From assembly GCA_964519125.1 (NCBI GenBank), contig CAZFIS010000001.1, positions 3,825-67,824 of the forward strand: a stretch of 64,000 bases of DNA, written 5' to 3'. The notes under the pieces were generated by a model. The model did no database searches and had not been told where the DNA came from. It saw only the letters and a list, made by a program, of their open reading frames with translations. Positions 9,181-19,228 of the stretch are shown here, in pieces. How positions within the stretch are numbered: the stretch's first letter is position 1; every line of letters begins with the position of its first letter. Source of the stretch: an uncultured Gemmatimonadaceae bacterium (GTDB taxonomy: Bacteria; Gemmatimonadota; Gemmatimonadetes; Longimicrobiales; Gaopeijiaceae). Made by a program: the position numbers and the translations under genes.

Positions 9181-10653
9181 ATGAAGACCTCGTCGATCGC
9201 GTGGATCGCATGGGCCGCTGTGCTGGCGAGCGCGTGCGCAGGGGAATCGCGCCGGCCGGAGCAGGCCGCTCCGGACTTCTCCTCGGTGAGCCGCGTCGAC
9301 TCAGGCCGGGCCGTCTCGGTCATGCTCACGGCCTACAGCACCACGCTCCTGGCCGACGGGAAAGACCGGACTCCGCTTCGGATCGCCGTGACGGACAGCG
9401 CCGGGCGGGAGATCACGTCCGCCACCGACTCGATCCGCGTCTACGTGAGCGGCCACGCGACGATCACCGCCCTCGACGGCGACAACCTCACGCTCGCGAC
9501 CGACAGCTCCGGCGCGAGATACACGCCCACACGATTGGTGGACGGAGTCGACACGCTCGCCTTCCACGCCGGAACCTCACCGGAGCGTGTGAAGGTCGAA
9601 GCCCGCTCGGGCGGCCTCTTTCCGGCATCGCACGAGATCCACACCATCCCCGCCGACGTCCACCTCATGACGCCCTCGGCGGATCAGCTTCCTCGCACGA
9701 CCAAGCACATCGGCCGGATGATCGGGGCGGACATCTCCTTTCTGCCCCAGATCGAGAACCACGCGGACAGGTTCCGGCGGAGCGGGGGAAAGTTCTTCGA
9801 GAACGGACAGCCGATCGATGCCATCGAGCTCCTCGAGGAGCACGGCTTCAACACGATCCGTCTGAGGATCTTCGTGCATCCGGAGAACCCGAGGGGCTAC
9901 TCCCCCGGGCAGGGGTTCTGCGGTCTGGACTCCACGCTGAGCATGGCCAGGAGGGTCAAGGCCGCCGGCATGAAGCTCCTCCTGGACTTCCATTACAGCG
10001 ACTACTGGGCGGATCCCCAGCAGCAGAACAAGCCTCTGTCGTGGGCGAACCTCGACTTCGCGACGCTGGAAGACTCCATGCGGAGCTACACGACATCCGT
10101 GCTCGAGGCGATGAAGCGGCAGGGCACTTCACCCGACATGGTGCAGATCGGCAACGAGATCAACCACGGGCTCCTGTGGCCGGACGGGCACATCGACCAC
10201 CTGGACCAGTTGGCCGGGCTCCTGAAGGCGGGGGTCGAGGGCGCGGAAGCGGTCGATCCCGACATGCCGATCATGATGCACCTCGCCCTCGGCGGGCAGA
10301 ACTCCGAGGCGAGGTTCTGGCTGGACAACATGCTCGCCCGGGGCGTGAAGTTCGACGTCATCGGGCTCTCCTACTATCCGCGTTGGCACGGCACGCTCGA
10401 AGACCTCGACCGCAACCTCCACGACCTCGTCGCCCGCTACCACAAGCCGGTCATCGTGGTCGAATACTCGAGCTTCAAGAAGGCGGTAAACGACATCGTC
10501 TTCAGTCTCCCCGACAGCATGGGCAAGGGCACGGCCATCTGGGAACCTCTCGGCCCCCAGAGCGGACTGTTCGATCGGGACGGGAACGTGACGAAGCGGA
10601 TGCAGGTCTACGACCAGCTCAGCGCCGAGTACCTCGGGGCTGGGGGCAGATGA
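9181..10653 (+). CDS. Glycoside hydrolase family 53 arabinogalactan endo-beta-1,4-galactanase with an N-terminal Ig-like domain
   Basis: It has a signal peptide (MKTSSIAWIAWAAVLASACAG). GH53 hallmarks are present: GADISFLPQIE, FNTIRLRIFV, LLLDFHYSDYWADPQQQ and VQIGNEINHGLLWPDG. Confidence 0.85.
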   Translation: MKTSSIAWIAWAAVLASACAGESRRPEQAAPDFSSVSRVDSGRAVSVMLTAYSTTLLADGKDRTPLRIAVTDSAGREITSATDSIRVYVSGHATITALDGDNLTLATDSSGARYTPTRLVDGVDTLAFHAGTSPERVKVEARSGGLFPASHEIHTIPADVHLMTPSADQLPRTTKHIGRMIGADISFLPQIENHADRFRRSGGKFFENGQPIDAIELLEEHGFNTIRLRIFVHPENPRGYSPGQGFCGLDSTLSMARRVKAAGMKLLLDFHYSDYWADPQQQNKPLSWANLDFATLEDSMRSYTTSVLEAMKRQGTSPDMVQIGNEINHGLLWPDGHIDHLDQLAGLLKAGVEGAEAVDPDMPIMMHLALGGQNSEARFWLDNMLARGVKFDVIGLSYYPRWHGTLEDLDRNLHDLVARYHKPVIVVEYSSFKKAVNDIVFSLPDSMGKGTAIWEPLGPQSGLFDRDGNVTKRMQVYDQLSAEYLGAGGR

Positions 10654-10670
10654 GCCCTGCCGTCCTCCGC

Positions 10671-13298
10671 TCAGGCTACCTCGACCACCAGCCTCCGCTC
10701 GCGGGACAGCGTAGACGCGGGGATCAGCACGGAGCCTGCGCGCACGGTGCCGACCGTGGACCGACGCAGCGCGCGACCGTCAGGGGGATGCACGTGCACC
10801 ACGAGGTTCGCCGCGAAGCGCTCGGGTAGCTCGATCGTGATGCGCCACCCGCTCGCGGTCGGTTCCGTCACCCACCCGAGCTCTCCGAAGCGGGTCGGGC
10901 AGCGCTCGACGGCGATCCGCTGTCCGGTCGCGAACCAGTGCCTGGGCGCTGCCTTCTGGAGGTGCACCGCGGGCACGGCGCCGGGGCGGTCGTGCTCCTC
11001 CCAGCAGAGCAGCCACCGCAGTGCCATGGCCGGCTGGAGCTCGCTGTTGACCACCGCCGACCAGGCGTATTTGCTCCCTTCTCCGGGGAAATTGCCGGGC
11101 AGCAGCGCGTCTTCGGGCGCATACCGACTCCCGGAGTCCATCGCGTAGCAGAGGTTGCCGTACAGCGCGAGCAGGAACGGGCGGTAGTCCTCCTCGCGGA
11201 TCCGACCGGCGAGGGTGCCGTGCTCCATGAAGTTCGAGGTGCGCGGGTAGTGACCGTCGGTGTTCATGCCCAGGAGCTGCTCGCCGGCCCGGGTGCGGTG
11301 CGTGAAATGTCCCGCGTCCAGCTCGGCGTTGCCCCAGTCGGCGGTCCACCAGTCCATCATGAACCGATGGTTCTCGTAGCTCGACAGATCTTCGGGCCGG
11401 CGCTTCGTGTCGAACGGATGGAAGGGGGTGATTCCCGCCTTCTTCATCGCGTCGTCGCGCGCGGCGAGCGTCGCCCTGAGCGAGCGCTCGATCTTGGCGC
11501 GCATCTCCTCGGCGAGCCCGCGGGCCTCGGCTCCGTCGCGCTTCAGCTCGCGCGCGAGCTGCCCCTTGCCGTGCCGGCGCGCCTCACGCTCCGCGATCCC
11601 GAGCACACGCCCGTGCTCGTAGAGCCCGCGCCACGTCCAGACGGCGTTCTGGTAGTAGAAGGGGTGTGCATCGGGGGTGTCGTGCTTCGGATCGCCGAGG
11701 TCCGCCTCCGGCGAGCCCCAGACGAGCCCATGGCGCGGGTCGCTCTGCGGAAACGTGCGCAGCGAATACCGGTAGCGCCCCACCACGAAGCCGATCATGC
11801 GCCGCAGTACGGGCAGTCGGCGCGCCAGCGCGTCGAGATCGCGCCCGTAGTCGTAGGCGCGGGCCGAGTTCTCCAGGAAGATGCCTGCGTTGAGCGGCGC
11901 CTCCACCTGGTCCTGGGTGTTGTAGGTGAAATTGCCGTCGGGCTCGATGTACGTCGCGAGGTAGTGCTCGAAGTAGGGGTCGACCTCGGCCGAGAGGTTC
12001 CAGAGCTGCTGCGCCCACACGAACTCGTAGTGCGCCACCGGAAAGAGGGCGTGGCTGCGCTCGGGGATCTTCGTGTACGCGCCCTCGCCGATCTGGTACG
12101 TGGGCTCCAGCCCGCGATAGCTGCAGCGCGAGAGCACGATGCCGGCACGCGCCGCGTCGAGCAGCCACGGATCGGGGATCTCCACCCGCATGCGATCCTC
12201 GAAGAAGTGGCGCCACCGATTCCAGATGCCGAAGAGCTCGGTGAAGAACCCCTCGGCGGTTCCGTTCCAGTACCGATCGATCCAGTCCGCGCCGGGTAGC
12301 GCCTGGTCGGCGTTGGTGTCACCCGGAGGGATGAGATCTTCGCGGCCTTTCGGAAGCAGGGCGCGGACCCGGCCGATCGGCTTCGCGTCGGCGCCCGGAG
12401 GGAGCAGCACCATGACCTCGTAGCCGACCTCGAACGTCGGATTCCACACGCCGATGTCGGCCACGGGCAGGTAGCCGCCGAGCAGAGTGCGTTTGCTGTA
12501 GCCGTGCACGTACTCGTAGAGGTACTCCGAGGGAAGGAACCGCCGGGGATCGAACAGCCGCCCGTGGGTGTCGGGTGCCCACAGCGCCTGAGGGTCCCGC
12601 GCGAGCTCGCGGGACGTGCCGTCGGCCTCGAGCCAGAGGGAGCGCTCGGGGCCCGCTTCCTCGTTCGCGACGAGCGTCCACCCGATCAGCTCGTCGCCCA
12701 GAGCGGCGACGTTCTCGTAGCAGGGGTCCTCGTCCGAGCCGAGGATGTACAGGCCCGGCTTGTCCGGCTGCGCCGGGAACGCGGCGGGCCGCTCCAAGCG
12801 CGCATCCGGAGTCGCGTTGATCGGGCGGGGCCGGATGTGGGAGAGAGCGCCGATCCCCTTGGGGATGCGTGTGACCTCTCCCTCTTCCGTGACGTAGACG
12901 ATGGCGCCGCGGTGGGAGACGTGCCGCTCCAGGACCGCCGTCGGCATGCCGTCGAGGCTGCTCAGCAGCGCGACGAGCCGCCAGCCGTCGATCTCCTCGC
13001 CTACGCTCAGCCTACGCGCGGCTCCTGCGGGCGGCGTGGCGAGCACCGAGTCCGAGCGGAAGGCGCTCACCGCCGGCGCGCGCGCCAGCGCCTCGGCCTC
13101 GCCGGGAAGCAGGAGCGAATAGTCGTTGGGGATGCGCCCCGGCGCGTAGCCGGATCCTCGTGTCCGGTGCGCGGGGGGTGCGAGCTCGGAAGGTCCGGCC
13201 CCCCGTGTGGACGGGGTCGGGCCCGAGATCTCGAGGACCCGGCGGGGAAGCATGGCCGCGGCCGCGGCCCACTGGAGAAAGCGTCGTCGCTCGATCAT
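10671..13298 (-). CDS. Large Tat-signal secreted protein of unknown function
   Basis: 875-aa ORF whose N-terminus MIERRRFLQWAAAAAMLP is a twin-arginine motif (RRxFL). Codon usage is coherent across the ORF. I recognised no catalytic motif. It is convergent with the GH53 gene, with a 17-nt gap. Confidence 0.7.
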   Translation of the reverse strand: MIERRRFLQWAAAAAMLPRRVLEISGPTPSTRGAGPSELAPPAHRTRGSGYAPGRIPNDYSLLLPGEAEALARAPAVSAFRSDSVLATPPAGAARRLSVGEEIDGWRLVALLSSLDGMPTAVLERHVSHRGAIVYVTEEGEVTRIPKGIGALSHIRPRPINATPDARLERPAAFPAQPDKPGLYILGSDEDPCYENVAALGDELIGWTLVANEEAGPERSLWLEADGTSRELARDPQALWAPDTHGRLFDPRRFLPSEYLYEYVHGYSKRTLLGGYLPVADIGVWNPTFEVGYEVMVLLPPGADAKPIGRVRALLPKGREDLIPPGDTNADQALPGADWIDRYWNGTAEGFFTELFGIWNRWRHFFEDRMRVEIPDPWLLDAARAGIVLSRCSYRGLEPTYQIGEGAYTKIPERSHALFPVAHYEFVWAQQLWNLSAEVDPYFEHYLATYIEPDGNFTYNTQDQVEAPLNAGIFLENSARAYDYGRDLDALARRLPVLRRMIGFVVGRYRYSLRTFPQSDPRHGLVWGSPEADLGDPKHDTPDAHPFYYQNAVWTWRGLYEHGRVLGIAEREARRHGKGQLARELKRDGAEARGLAEEMRAKIERSLRATLAARDDAMKKAGITPFHPFDTKRRPEDLSSYENHRFMMDWWTADWGNAELDAGHFTHRTRAGEQLLGMNTDGHYPRTSNFMEHGTLAGRIREEDYRPFLLALYGNLCYAMDSGSRYAPEDALLPGNFPGEGSKYAWSAVVNSELQPAMALRWLLCWEEHDRPGAVPAVHLQKAAPRHWFATGQRIAVERCPTRFGELGWVTEPTASGWRITIELPERFAANLVVHVHPPDGRALRRSTVGTVRAGSVLIPASTLSRERRLVVEVA

Positions 13299-13523
13299 CG
13301 GATTCTGGAGGGGCCCGGGCCTCTCACTTCCTCATCGGTGGTTGACCTCTTCTGTTCGTCGTCCATGGAGACGACGCTAGAGCGGAGGCCGTTGGGTGGC
13401 AACCCGTGATCGCCGTTCGGAGCGAGGTGGGTGGGCCGACCCCTACTGGCGCGTCCGAACCCCTCGGTCCACCTTTGGCGCGGCCCGTTTCCGTCCACTC
13501 CACCGCCCTCTCGGAGGCTCGTC

Positions 13524-16500
13524 ATGAGGTGCGTCCGCTCGTGGCTCGTCGCTCCGGCGCTCACGCTGGTCGCGCTTTCCTTCGCCGCCTGTCCCTCTTC
13601 CGCCCAGGGCGAGCTGCACGGCTTCAAGCCAGGACGAGATCCGAGCCAGCCGATCGACTCGGCGTACACGGCCAGGATCCGCGAGTACACGACCGAGCCG
13701 TTCTTCAGCTCGCCGCTCGTGGACTACCTGCCCGCCTCCAAGACGGTCCCGACACCCATGGCCGTGCTCGGCGACATCGCCGGCGCGCGCAACAACCTCC
13801 CCTACTCGTCGCAGGTCTACGCGTACATGCGAATGCTCGCCAAGGCGAGCCCGCGCGTGCGCGTCTGGACGATCGGCCACACCGAGGAGGGACGCGAGAT
13901 GATCGCCGTGGGGGTCGCCTCCGAGAAGGTCTGGAGCAACCTCGACCGCAACAAGGAGAACCTCGCCAAGCTCGCCGACCCGCGCACGATCGGCATGAGC
14001 GACGCCGTCGCGGAGAAGCTCATCCCGGAGACCGTGCCCGTCTACTACATCACCGGGACGATCCACTCCCCGGAGACCGGCGCGCCGACCGCGCTCATGG
14101 AGATGGCCTACCGGCTGGCCGTGGACGAGAGCCCCTATATCGCCAACATCCGCGACCACCTGATCACGCTGATCACCCCCATCGTCGAGGTCGACGGCCG
14201 CGACCGCGAGGTGGACATCCAGCGCTGGCACCTGGCGCACCCGAAGGACACGCCGATTCCGCTCGTGTACTGGGGGCACTACGTGGCCCACGACAACAAC
14301 CGAGACGCGATGGGTGCGAGCCTCGATCTGACGCGGAACGTGATCGACACGTACGTGGGCTGGAACGCTCAGGTGCTGCACGACCTGCACGAATCCGTCC
14401 CGTTCCTCTACGACAACACGGTGGGCGACGGGCCGTACAACGCCTGGATCGATCCGCTACTCGCCAACGAGTGGCAGATGATCGGATGGAACAACGTCCA
14501 GGAGATGACCCGCTTCGGGATGCCCGGCGTGTTCGCGCACGGGAATTTCGACACCTGGTCGCCGGGCTACCTAATGTTCATCGGCGCGCTGCACAACGGC
14601 ATCAGCAGGCTCTACGAGACGTTCGGCAACGGTGGCACCGCCGAGACGCTGGAGCGCACGATCCCGCGGAGCGCGACCGAGAAGACGTGGTACCGGCAGG
14701 ATCCGCCGCTCCCGCACGTGCTGTGGTCGCTGCGCGACAACAACAACTACGAGGAGACCGGCCTCCTGGTCTCGCTCGAGTATTTCGCGAACAACCGGCA
14801 GCTCTTCCTCGAGAACTTCTACACGAAGGCGAAGCGATCCGTGGAGAAGGCGACGACCGAGGGGCCGGCGGCCTACGTGCTGCCCGCCGAGGATCCACGA
14901 CCCGGGTCGCAGGCCGATCTGCTCGAGGTCCTGCGGCGTCAGCATGTCGAGATCTCGAGGGCCACGGCCCCGTTCACCGTGCAGGTGCCGGTGAAGCGCT
15001 CGGCCCACGGGAACGGCCGGAACGGACGGGGTGCCGAAGCCGCGATGCCCGTCTCGGCCGCCGATACCGCCGTGCAGCCCACGCCACCCGCGACCGAGGC
15101 GCGCACGTTCCCGGCCGGCAGTTGGGTCATCCGCATGGATCAGCCCTATTCGCGCATCGCTGACGCGCTGCTGGACTACCAGTACTGGTCGCCGGACGAC
15201 CCGCAGAAGCACCCGTACGACGACACGGGCTGGACCTTCCCCGAGGGGTTCGGCGTGGAGTGCGTGCGGGTCGTCGACACGACGGTGCTCCACGCGTCCA
15301 TGCGGAGAGTCACCGGCGACATCGTCGCCCCGGGAGGCGTGCACGGAAGCGGATCCATGTACGCGATCGCGAATGAGGGTGAGGGCTCGCTCATCACGCT
15401 TCGCTACCGGCTCGCGAGCGCCGACTTCCGGGCCGTCGAGGAGCCGTTCGACATCGGCGAGCGTCACTTCGACCGCGGCTCGCTCGTCGTGAGCGGCGTG
15501 TCGCGGGATACGCTGGCTGCGGCCGCCAAGGCGCTCGGCGTCGAGGTGTACGCGCTGCCGTCGATGCCGAGCGTGAAGATGCATCCCGCGCGGGCCCCGC
15601 GCGTGGCGATCCTCCACACCTGGCAGGGCACACAGACCGAGGGGTGGTGGCGGATCGGCTTCGACGGGGAGCACGTACCCTACGACTACATCAGCACGCA
15701 GGACGTGGCGAAGGACGGCAACCTCAACGCGAAGTACGACGTCATCGTCTTCCCGCCGGTGGGGGCGAGCGCACGGGCGATCATCGAGGGGATGCCGATG
15801 TGGCGGAACCCGATTCCCTGGAAGAAGACGGCCGAGACGCCGAATCTGGGGCGCGTCGCGAGCACCGACGACATACGGCCGGGCCTCGGATGGGGCGGGC
15901 TCGAGCACCTGCGCGACTTCGTGAACGCCGGCGGGGTGCTCATCACGTCGGTGAACACGTCCAACTTCGCGATCGACTATGGACTCACCAACGGGGTGAG
16001 CGCCCGCACGCCGCGCGATCAGGAGGTCGTGGGAAGCCTGCTGCGCACGCGCATCGTGGACGCCGCGAGCCCGATCGTGTACGGGATCTCCGACAGCCTG
16101 GCCGTCTACAGCGAGCAGGGCGAGACGTTCGGCGTGAGCAACACGGAGGGCGGGCGCGGGGGACGCTTCGGCGGTGGTGGCGCGACGCGCGCCACCGGGC
16201 GCGGCACAGCCACCGACCACGACGTGGTGCAGGGCCGGCCCGCGCTGACGCCTCGGTTCGAGGAGCCGATCCGTCCGCGTGTCGAGCCGTGGCAGGCGCA
16301 GCCGATCACGGACGAGCAGCTCCGCAACCCGCTCGACATCATTCCGCCCGACCAGCGCCCGCGCGTCGTGCTGCGCTACAGCGATCAGCGCGACCTGCTG
16401 GTCTCGGGGCTGCTCGACGGCGGGAGCGGCATCGCCCAGCGCCCGGTCGTGGTGGACGACCCGGTGGGGAAGGGGCACGTGGTGCTGTTCGCCAACAACC

Positions 16501-16601
16501 CGGTGTACCGCGGGGAGACGATCGGGAGCTACGCGCTCGTGTTCAACACGCTCATGAATTGGGACAACCTGAACGCGGGCAGAGTGCTGGACGAGCGGTA
16601 G
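13524..16601 (+). CDS. M14-family zinc carboxypeptidase-like protein (large, secreted)
   Basis: Track ORF 13431-16601 is trimmed to the ATG at 13524 (MRCVRSWLVAPALTLVALSFAACPSSAQ), with GGAGG 7 nt upstream. An M14-like zinc site is present (YYITGTIHSPETGAPTALMEMAYRL, HxxE), together with ITPIVEVDGRDREV. Confidence 0.8.
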   Translation: MRCVRSWLVAPALTLVALSFAACPSSAQGELHGFKPGRDPSQPIDSAYTARIREYTTEPFFSSPLVDYLPASKTVPTPMAVLGDIAGARNNLPYSSQVYAYMRMLAKASPRVRVWTIGHTEEGREMIAVGVASEKVWSNLDRNKENLAKLADPRTIGMSDAVAEKLIPETVPVYYITGTIHSPETGAPTALMEMAYRLAVDESPYIANIRDHLITLITPIVEVDGRDREVDIQRWHLAHPKDTPIPLVYWGHYVAHDNNRDAMGASLDLTRNVIDTYVGWNAQVLHDLHESVPFLYDNTVGDGPYNAWIDPLLANEWQMIGWNNVQEMTRFGMPGVFAHGNFDTWSPGYLMFIGALHNGISRLYETFGNGGTAETLERTIPRSATEKTWYRQDPPLPHVLWSLRDNNNYEETGLLVSLEYFANNRQLFLENFYTKAKRSVEKATTEGPAAYVLPAEDPRPGSQADLLEVLRRQHVEISRATAPFTVQVPVKRSAHGNGRNGRGAEAAMPVSAADTAVQPTPPATEARTFPAGSWVIRMDQPYSRIADALLDYQYWSPDDPQKHPYDDTGWTFPEGFGVECVRVVDTTVLHASMRRVTGDIVAPGGVHGSGSMYAIANEGEGSLITLRYRLASADFRAVEEPFDIGERHFDRGSLVVSGVSRDTLAAAAKALGVEVYALPSMPSVKMHPARAPRVAILHTWQGTQTEGWWRIGFDGEHVPYDYISTQDVAKDGNLNAKYDVIVFPPVGASARAIIEGMPMWRNPIPWKKTAETPNLGRVASTDDIRPGLGWGGLEHLRDFVNAGGVLITSVNTSNFAIDYGLTNGVSARTPRDQEVVGSLLRTRIVDAASPIVYGISDSLAVYSEQGETFGVSNTEGGRGGRFGGGGATRATGRGTATDHDVVQGRPALTPRFEEPIRPRVEPWQAQPITDEQLRNPLDIIPPDQRPRVVLRYSDQRDLLVSGLLDGGSGIAQRPVVVDDPVGKGHVVLFANNPVYRGETIGSYALVFNTLMNWDNLNAGRVLDER

Positions 16602-16631
16602 GAGGGAGGGAGGGGCCGGCTCACGTCCACG

Positions 16632-17291
16632 TCAGGCCTGGGCGGGATTGCGCGGCCCGGCCCTCACCGCGTACCGCTTGATGCGCCACGAGTTGCCCGT
16701 GAGCGGGTCCATCGCCTCCACGGTCTCCGCCGAGGTCATCCACCTCCGCATCCGGTTCCACACGTGGTAGCGCTTGAGGCTCTTGTTGTGGATGGAGACG
16801 ATGATCGTGCCCGATCCGGTCCTCAGGAGGGCCCGCGCCCGCGCGAGCACCTCGGGGACGCGCCGTACGGGGTAGTAGTAGAGCATCTCGTTGAAGACGA
16901 CGGCGTCGAAGCGCTCGGAAGGTACGTAGTCGTCGAAGGACGTCGCCATGAACGTGCGGCTTCCGGACGAGTCCTCCTTCTCCCGGCAGATCCGGATCGC
17001 CTCGCTGGAGAGGTCGATACCCACGTAGCGCGCCACGTTGTCGGGGAGGTGCGGGACGAGCGCTCCGGTTCCGCATCCGACATCGAGGACCGACGCACCT
17101 TCGGCGCTGAGTGTACGCAGCATGCCCCCGATCACGTGGTGACGGGGACGCTGCTCCGCCGAGTCGAGGAACGTCCAGTGGCCCTCGGCGTAGCTCCGAT
17201 CCCAACGTCGCTTGTCGTTCTTCCCGAATAGGTTCAGGAAGCTCGCGCGGGTCTTGCGCAGGCTCTGACGCAACGAACCGTTCCGGCTCAA
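16632..17291 (-). CDS. Class I SAM-dependent methyltransferase
   Basis: Only the 3' 220 codons of track ORF 16632-18590 are credible. A TTG at 17291 is preceded by GAGGAG. Motif I is VLDVGCGTGAL, followed by YVGIDLS and AVVFNEMLYY. The upstream part of the track ORF is antisense to the phosphatase gene. Confidence 0.75.
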   Translation of the reverse strand: MSRNGSLRQSLRKTRASFLNLFGKNDKRRWDRSYAEGHWTFLDSAEQRPRHHVIGGMLRTLSAEGASVLDVGCGTGALVPHLPDNVARYVGIDLSSEAIRICREKEDSSGSRTFMATSFDDYVPSERFDAVVFNEMLYYYPVRRVPEVLARARALLRTGSGTIIVSIHNKSLKRYHVWNRMRRWMTSAETVEAMDPLTGNSWRIKRYAVRAGPRNPAQA

Positions 17292-17366
17292 AGAATGCTC
17301 CTCTCGGGGGATCACATCGCGCCCGTGCCGCTGGCGCAATCTCCAGGTCCGCGCGAACCTACGCCC

Positions 17367-17993
17367 ATGATGCCGCACATCTTCGTGCTCCGCCACGGTC
17401 GTAGCCTCGCGAACGAGGAAGGTCGGATCGCCAGCCGGATCGAGAACGCCGGCGACGCGTACGGTCTGACCCCACTCGGGTGCGAACAGGTCCATGGCAG
17501 CGTACAGGGTGCCGTCGACGCCGGTTCGCTGGCGCCTCCGGTGCTGCTGGTCTCGTCGCCGCTCCTGCGCGCTCGGGAATCCGCGCAGGTCGCGGGAGAG
17601 GTGCTGGGTGTGAGCCCGTCCGTGGACGCGCGGTTGATCGAGCGCGGCTTCGGGGACCTGGAGCTCGGCCCGGACCGGGCCTACGCCGAAGTCTGGGAGG
17701 CGGACCTGCGTGACCCGACGCACCGGAACCTGGGTGTGGAGAGCGTGGCCGACGTGCTCCGGCGCGCGGGGGGCGTGGTGGAGGATCTGGCCGAAAAGCC
17801 CGACGTCGGCACGGTCGTCCTGTGCACGCACGGAGACGTCGCGTCGACGCTGCTGTGCGCTTCCGTCGGAGCCCCGCTCGGACGCCACCGGGAGGTCGGA
17901 GCGCTCGCGACCGGCGCGCTGCAGGAGCTGCCCTCGGTGGCGAAGGTACTCGAGGCACGGGTCGCGCTCGGGCGTGGGAGGGCACCGCACTGA
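17367..17993 (+). CDS. Histidine phosphatase (phosphoglycerate-mutase-like) family protein
   Basis: Track ORF 17295-17993 is trimmed to MMPHIFVLRHGRSLANE, which contains the RHG catalytic motif. Later motifs are SSPLLRARESA and VLCTHGDV. Confidence 0.8.
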   Translation: MMPHIFVLRHGRSLANEEGRIASRIENAGDAYGLTPLGCEQVHGSVQGAVDAGSLAPPVLLVSSPLLRARESAQVAGEVLGVSPSVDARLIERGFGDLELGPDRAYAEVWEADLRDPTHRNLGVESVADVLRRAGGVVEDLAEKPDVGTVVLCTHGDVASTLLCASVGAPLGRHREVGALATGALQELPSVAKVLEARVALGRGRAPH

Positions 17994-18078
17994 CGCGGTC
18001 TCCGACTTCGTTCGGGGCGGTGGCGCGCAGGGGGTGGTCGGTGACGACGGTCCGCAGGTCGTAGCGCGTGCCGGCGGG

Positions 18079-19092
18079 CTACCCGGCGGAATCCGTCTTC
18101 GTCCGCCACGGAAGGGCGGGCACCAGCGTGGCTCCGCTCCCCCAGCCGCGCACGTCGAAGACCCTGGACCGGTGTGCGGTCTGGCCGCTCTCCTGGTCCG
18201 TGACGGTGACCGAGAGCCGGTAGCGGCCCTTGTCGAGCGACGAGCCCAGGTGGCGGAGCTCGTGCACGGAGCCGTCGGGCAGTGGGGTCGCCCGGCCCGT
18301 GAAGCGGGCGCGGACCACGTTGCTGTTCTTCGACTCCTTTCCCTTCTCGTCGGCGACGCGCTCGACCGACACCTCCGTCTCATAAGGGTGGCCGGCGGGA
18401 AGGTTGTAGATCTCGTAGTAGACGTCGAACGCGCTCTTCGGGAACTGGCTCGTCGGGAGGAGCTCCAGGGTGACGTCGCCACGCTTCCACCCGGCGCTCG
18501 AGTCCGGGAGCCCCAACACGACGTCGCTGAGCATGAGCTGCTTGCCGCGGTAGTCGGGGATCGGGAACGGCGCGCCGTACATCTGTCCAATCCCGGGCCT
18601 GGTCGCGTCGTTCATGATGACGCGCTCCAGGGTGGTGGTCGAGGGCGGAGCCTGCACCTCGATGTACGTGTGCAGCAGGTGCTTGTCGTCGAGCGATCGG
18701 CGTGCGGCGACGAACACGGTGTCGTCGGTGCGGGACACCGACTTGAGCGCCGTGTCGGCCAGCACGAGGGTCACGTCGAAGCGGTAGCTCACCTGGTTGC
18801 CCGAGCTCTGCTTGCGGAGCTTTCCCGCCGGAACCGCGAACGCCGCCACGATCGAGGTCTTCCCGGCATCGCCGCGGAACGTGTAGAGATCGTAGAAGAA
18901 CGGGAGCGAGCCCGGATCGGTTTGCACAAAAGGCGGGGCGGCGAGCACGGTGCAGCCCGGATCCACGGCGGGGCGACGTCCGGGAGCACAGGTGCCCGGC
19001 GCCCACGCGGCCGGCGTGGCCGTAAGGATGCAGGCGAGAGAAACCAGGCCTCGAAGCATGGGCGCGCGATCGGCGGAGGGGACGGCCTTCAC
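18079..19092 (-). CDS. Hypothetical secreted protein
   Basis: 337-aa ORF with a signal-like segment (MLRGLVSLACILTATPAAWA; the alternative ATG at 19059 would start there). The body is beta-rich. I recognised no family. Confidence 0.55.
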   Translation of the reverse strand: MKAVPSADRAPMLRGLVSLACILTATPAAWAPGTCAPGRRPAVDPGCTVLAAPPFVQTDPGSLPFFYDLYTFRGDAGKTSIVAAFAVPAGKLRKQSSGNQVSYRFDVTLVLADTALKSVSRTDDTVFVAARRSLDDKHLLHTYIEVQAPPSTTTLERVIMNDATRPGIGQMYGAPFPIPDYRGKQLMLSDVVLGLPDSSAGWKRGDVTLELLPTSQFPKSAFDVYYEIYNLPAGHPYETEVSVERVADEKGKESKNSNVVRARFTGRATPLPDGSVHELRHLGSSLDKGRYRLSVTVTDQESGQTAHRSRVFDVRGWGSGATLVPALPWRTKTDSAG

Positions 19093-19228
19093 CCCTGGGG
19101 TACACGCGCCCGCGAGGCGTCGTTCCTGGGCGAGGACGACGAGCCGTGCTCTGCCCTCCGAACGCGATCATGGCGCTGGAGGCCTCGCACCTTCATGTTG
19201 CGGCCGGTACCCAACCCGAGACCAGGCG

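Noticed and set aside
16632-18590. 652-aa ORF taken as a single gene
   Set aside because: Only the last ~220 codons show methyltransferase motifs and have an SD-preceded TTG start. The upstream ~430 codons are antisense to the histidine phosphatase gene and partly overlap the hypothetical secreted-protein gene in another frame, and they look like Arg/Pro-rich junk.
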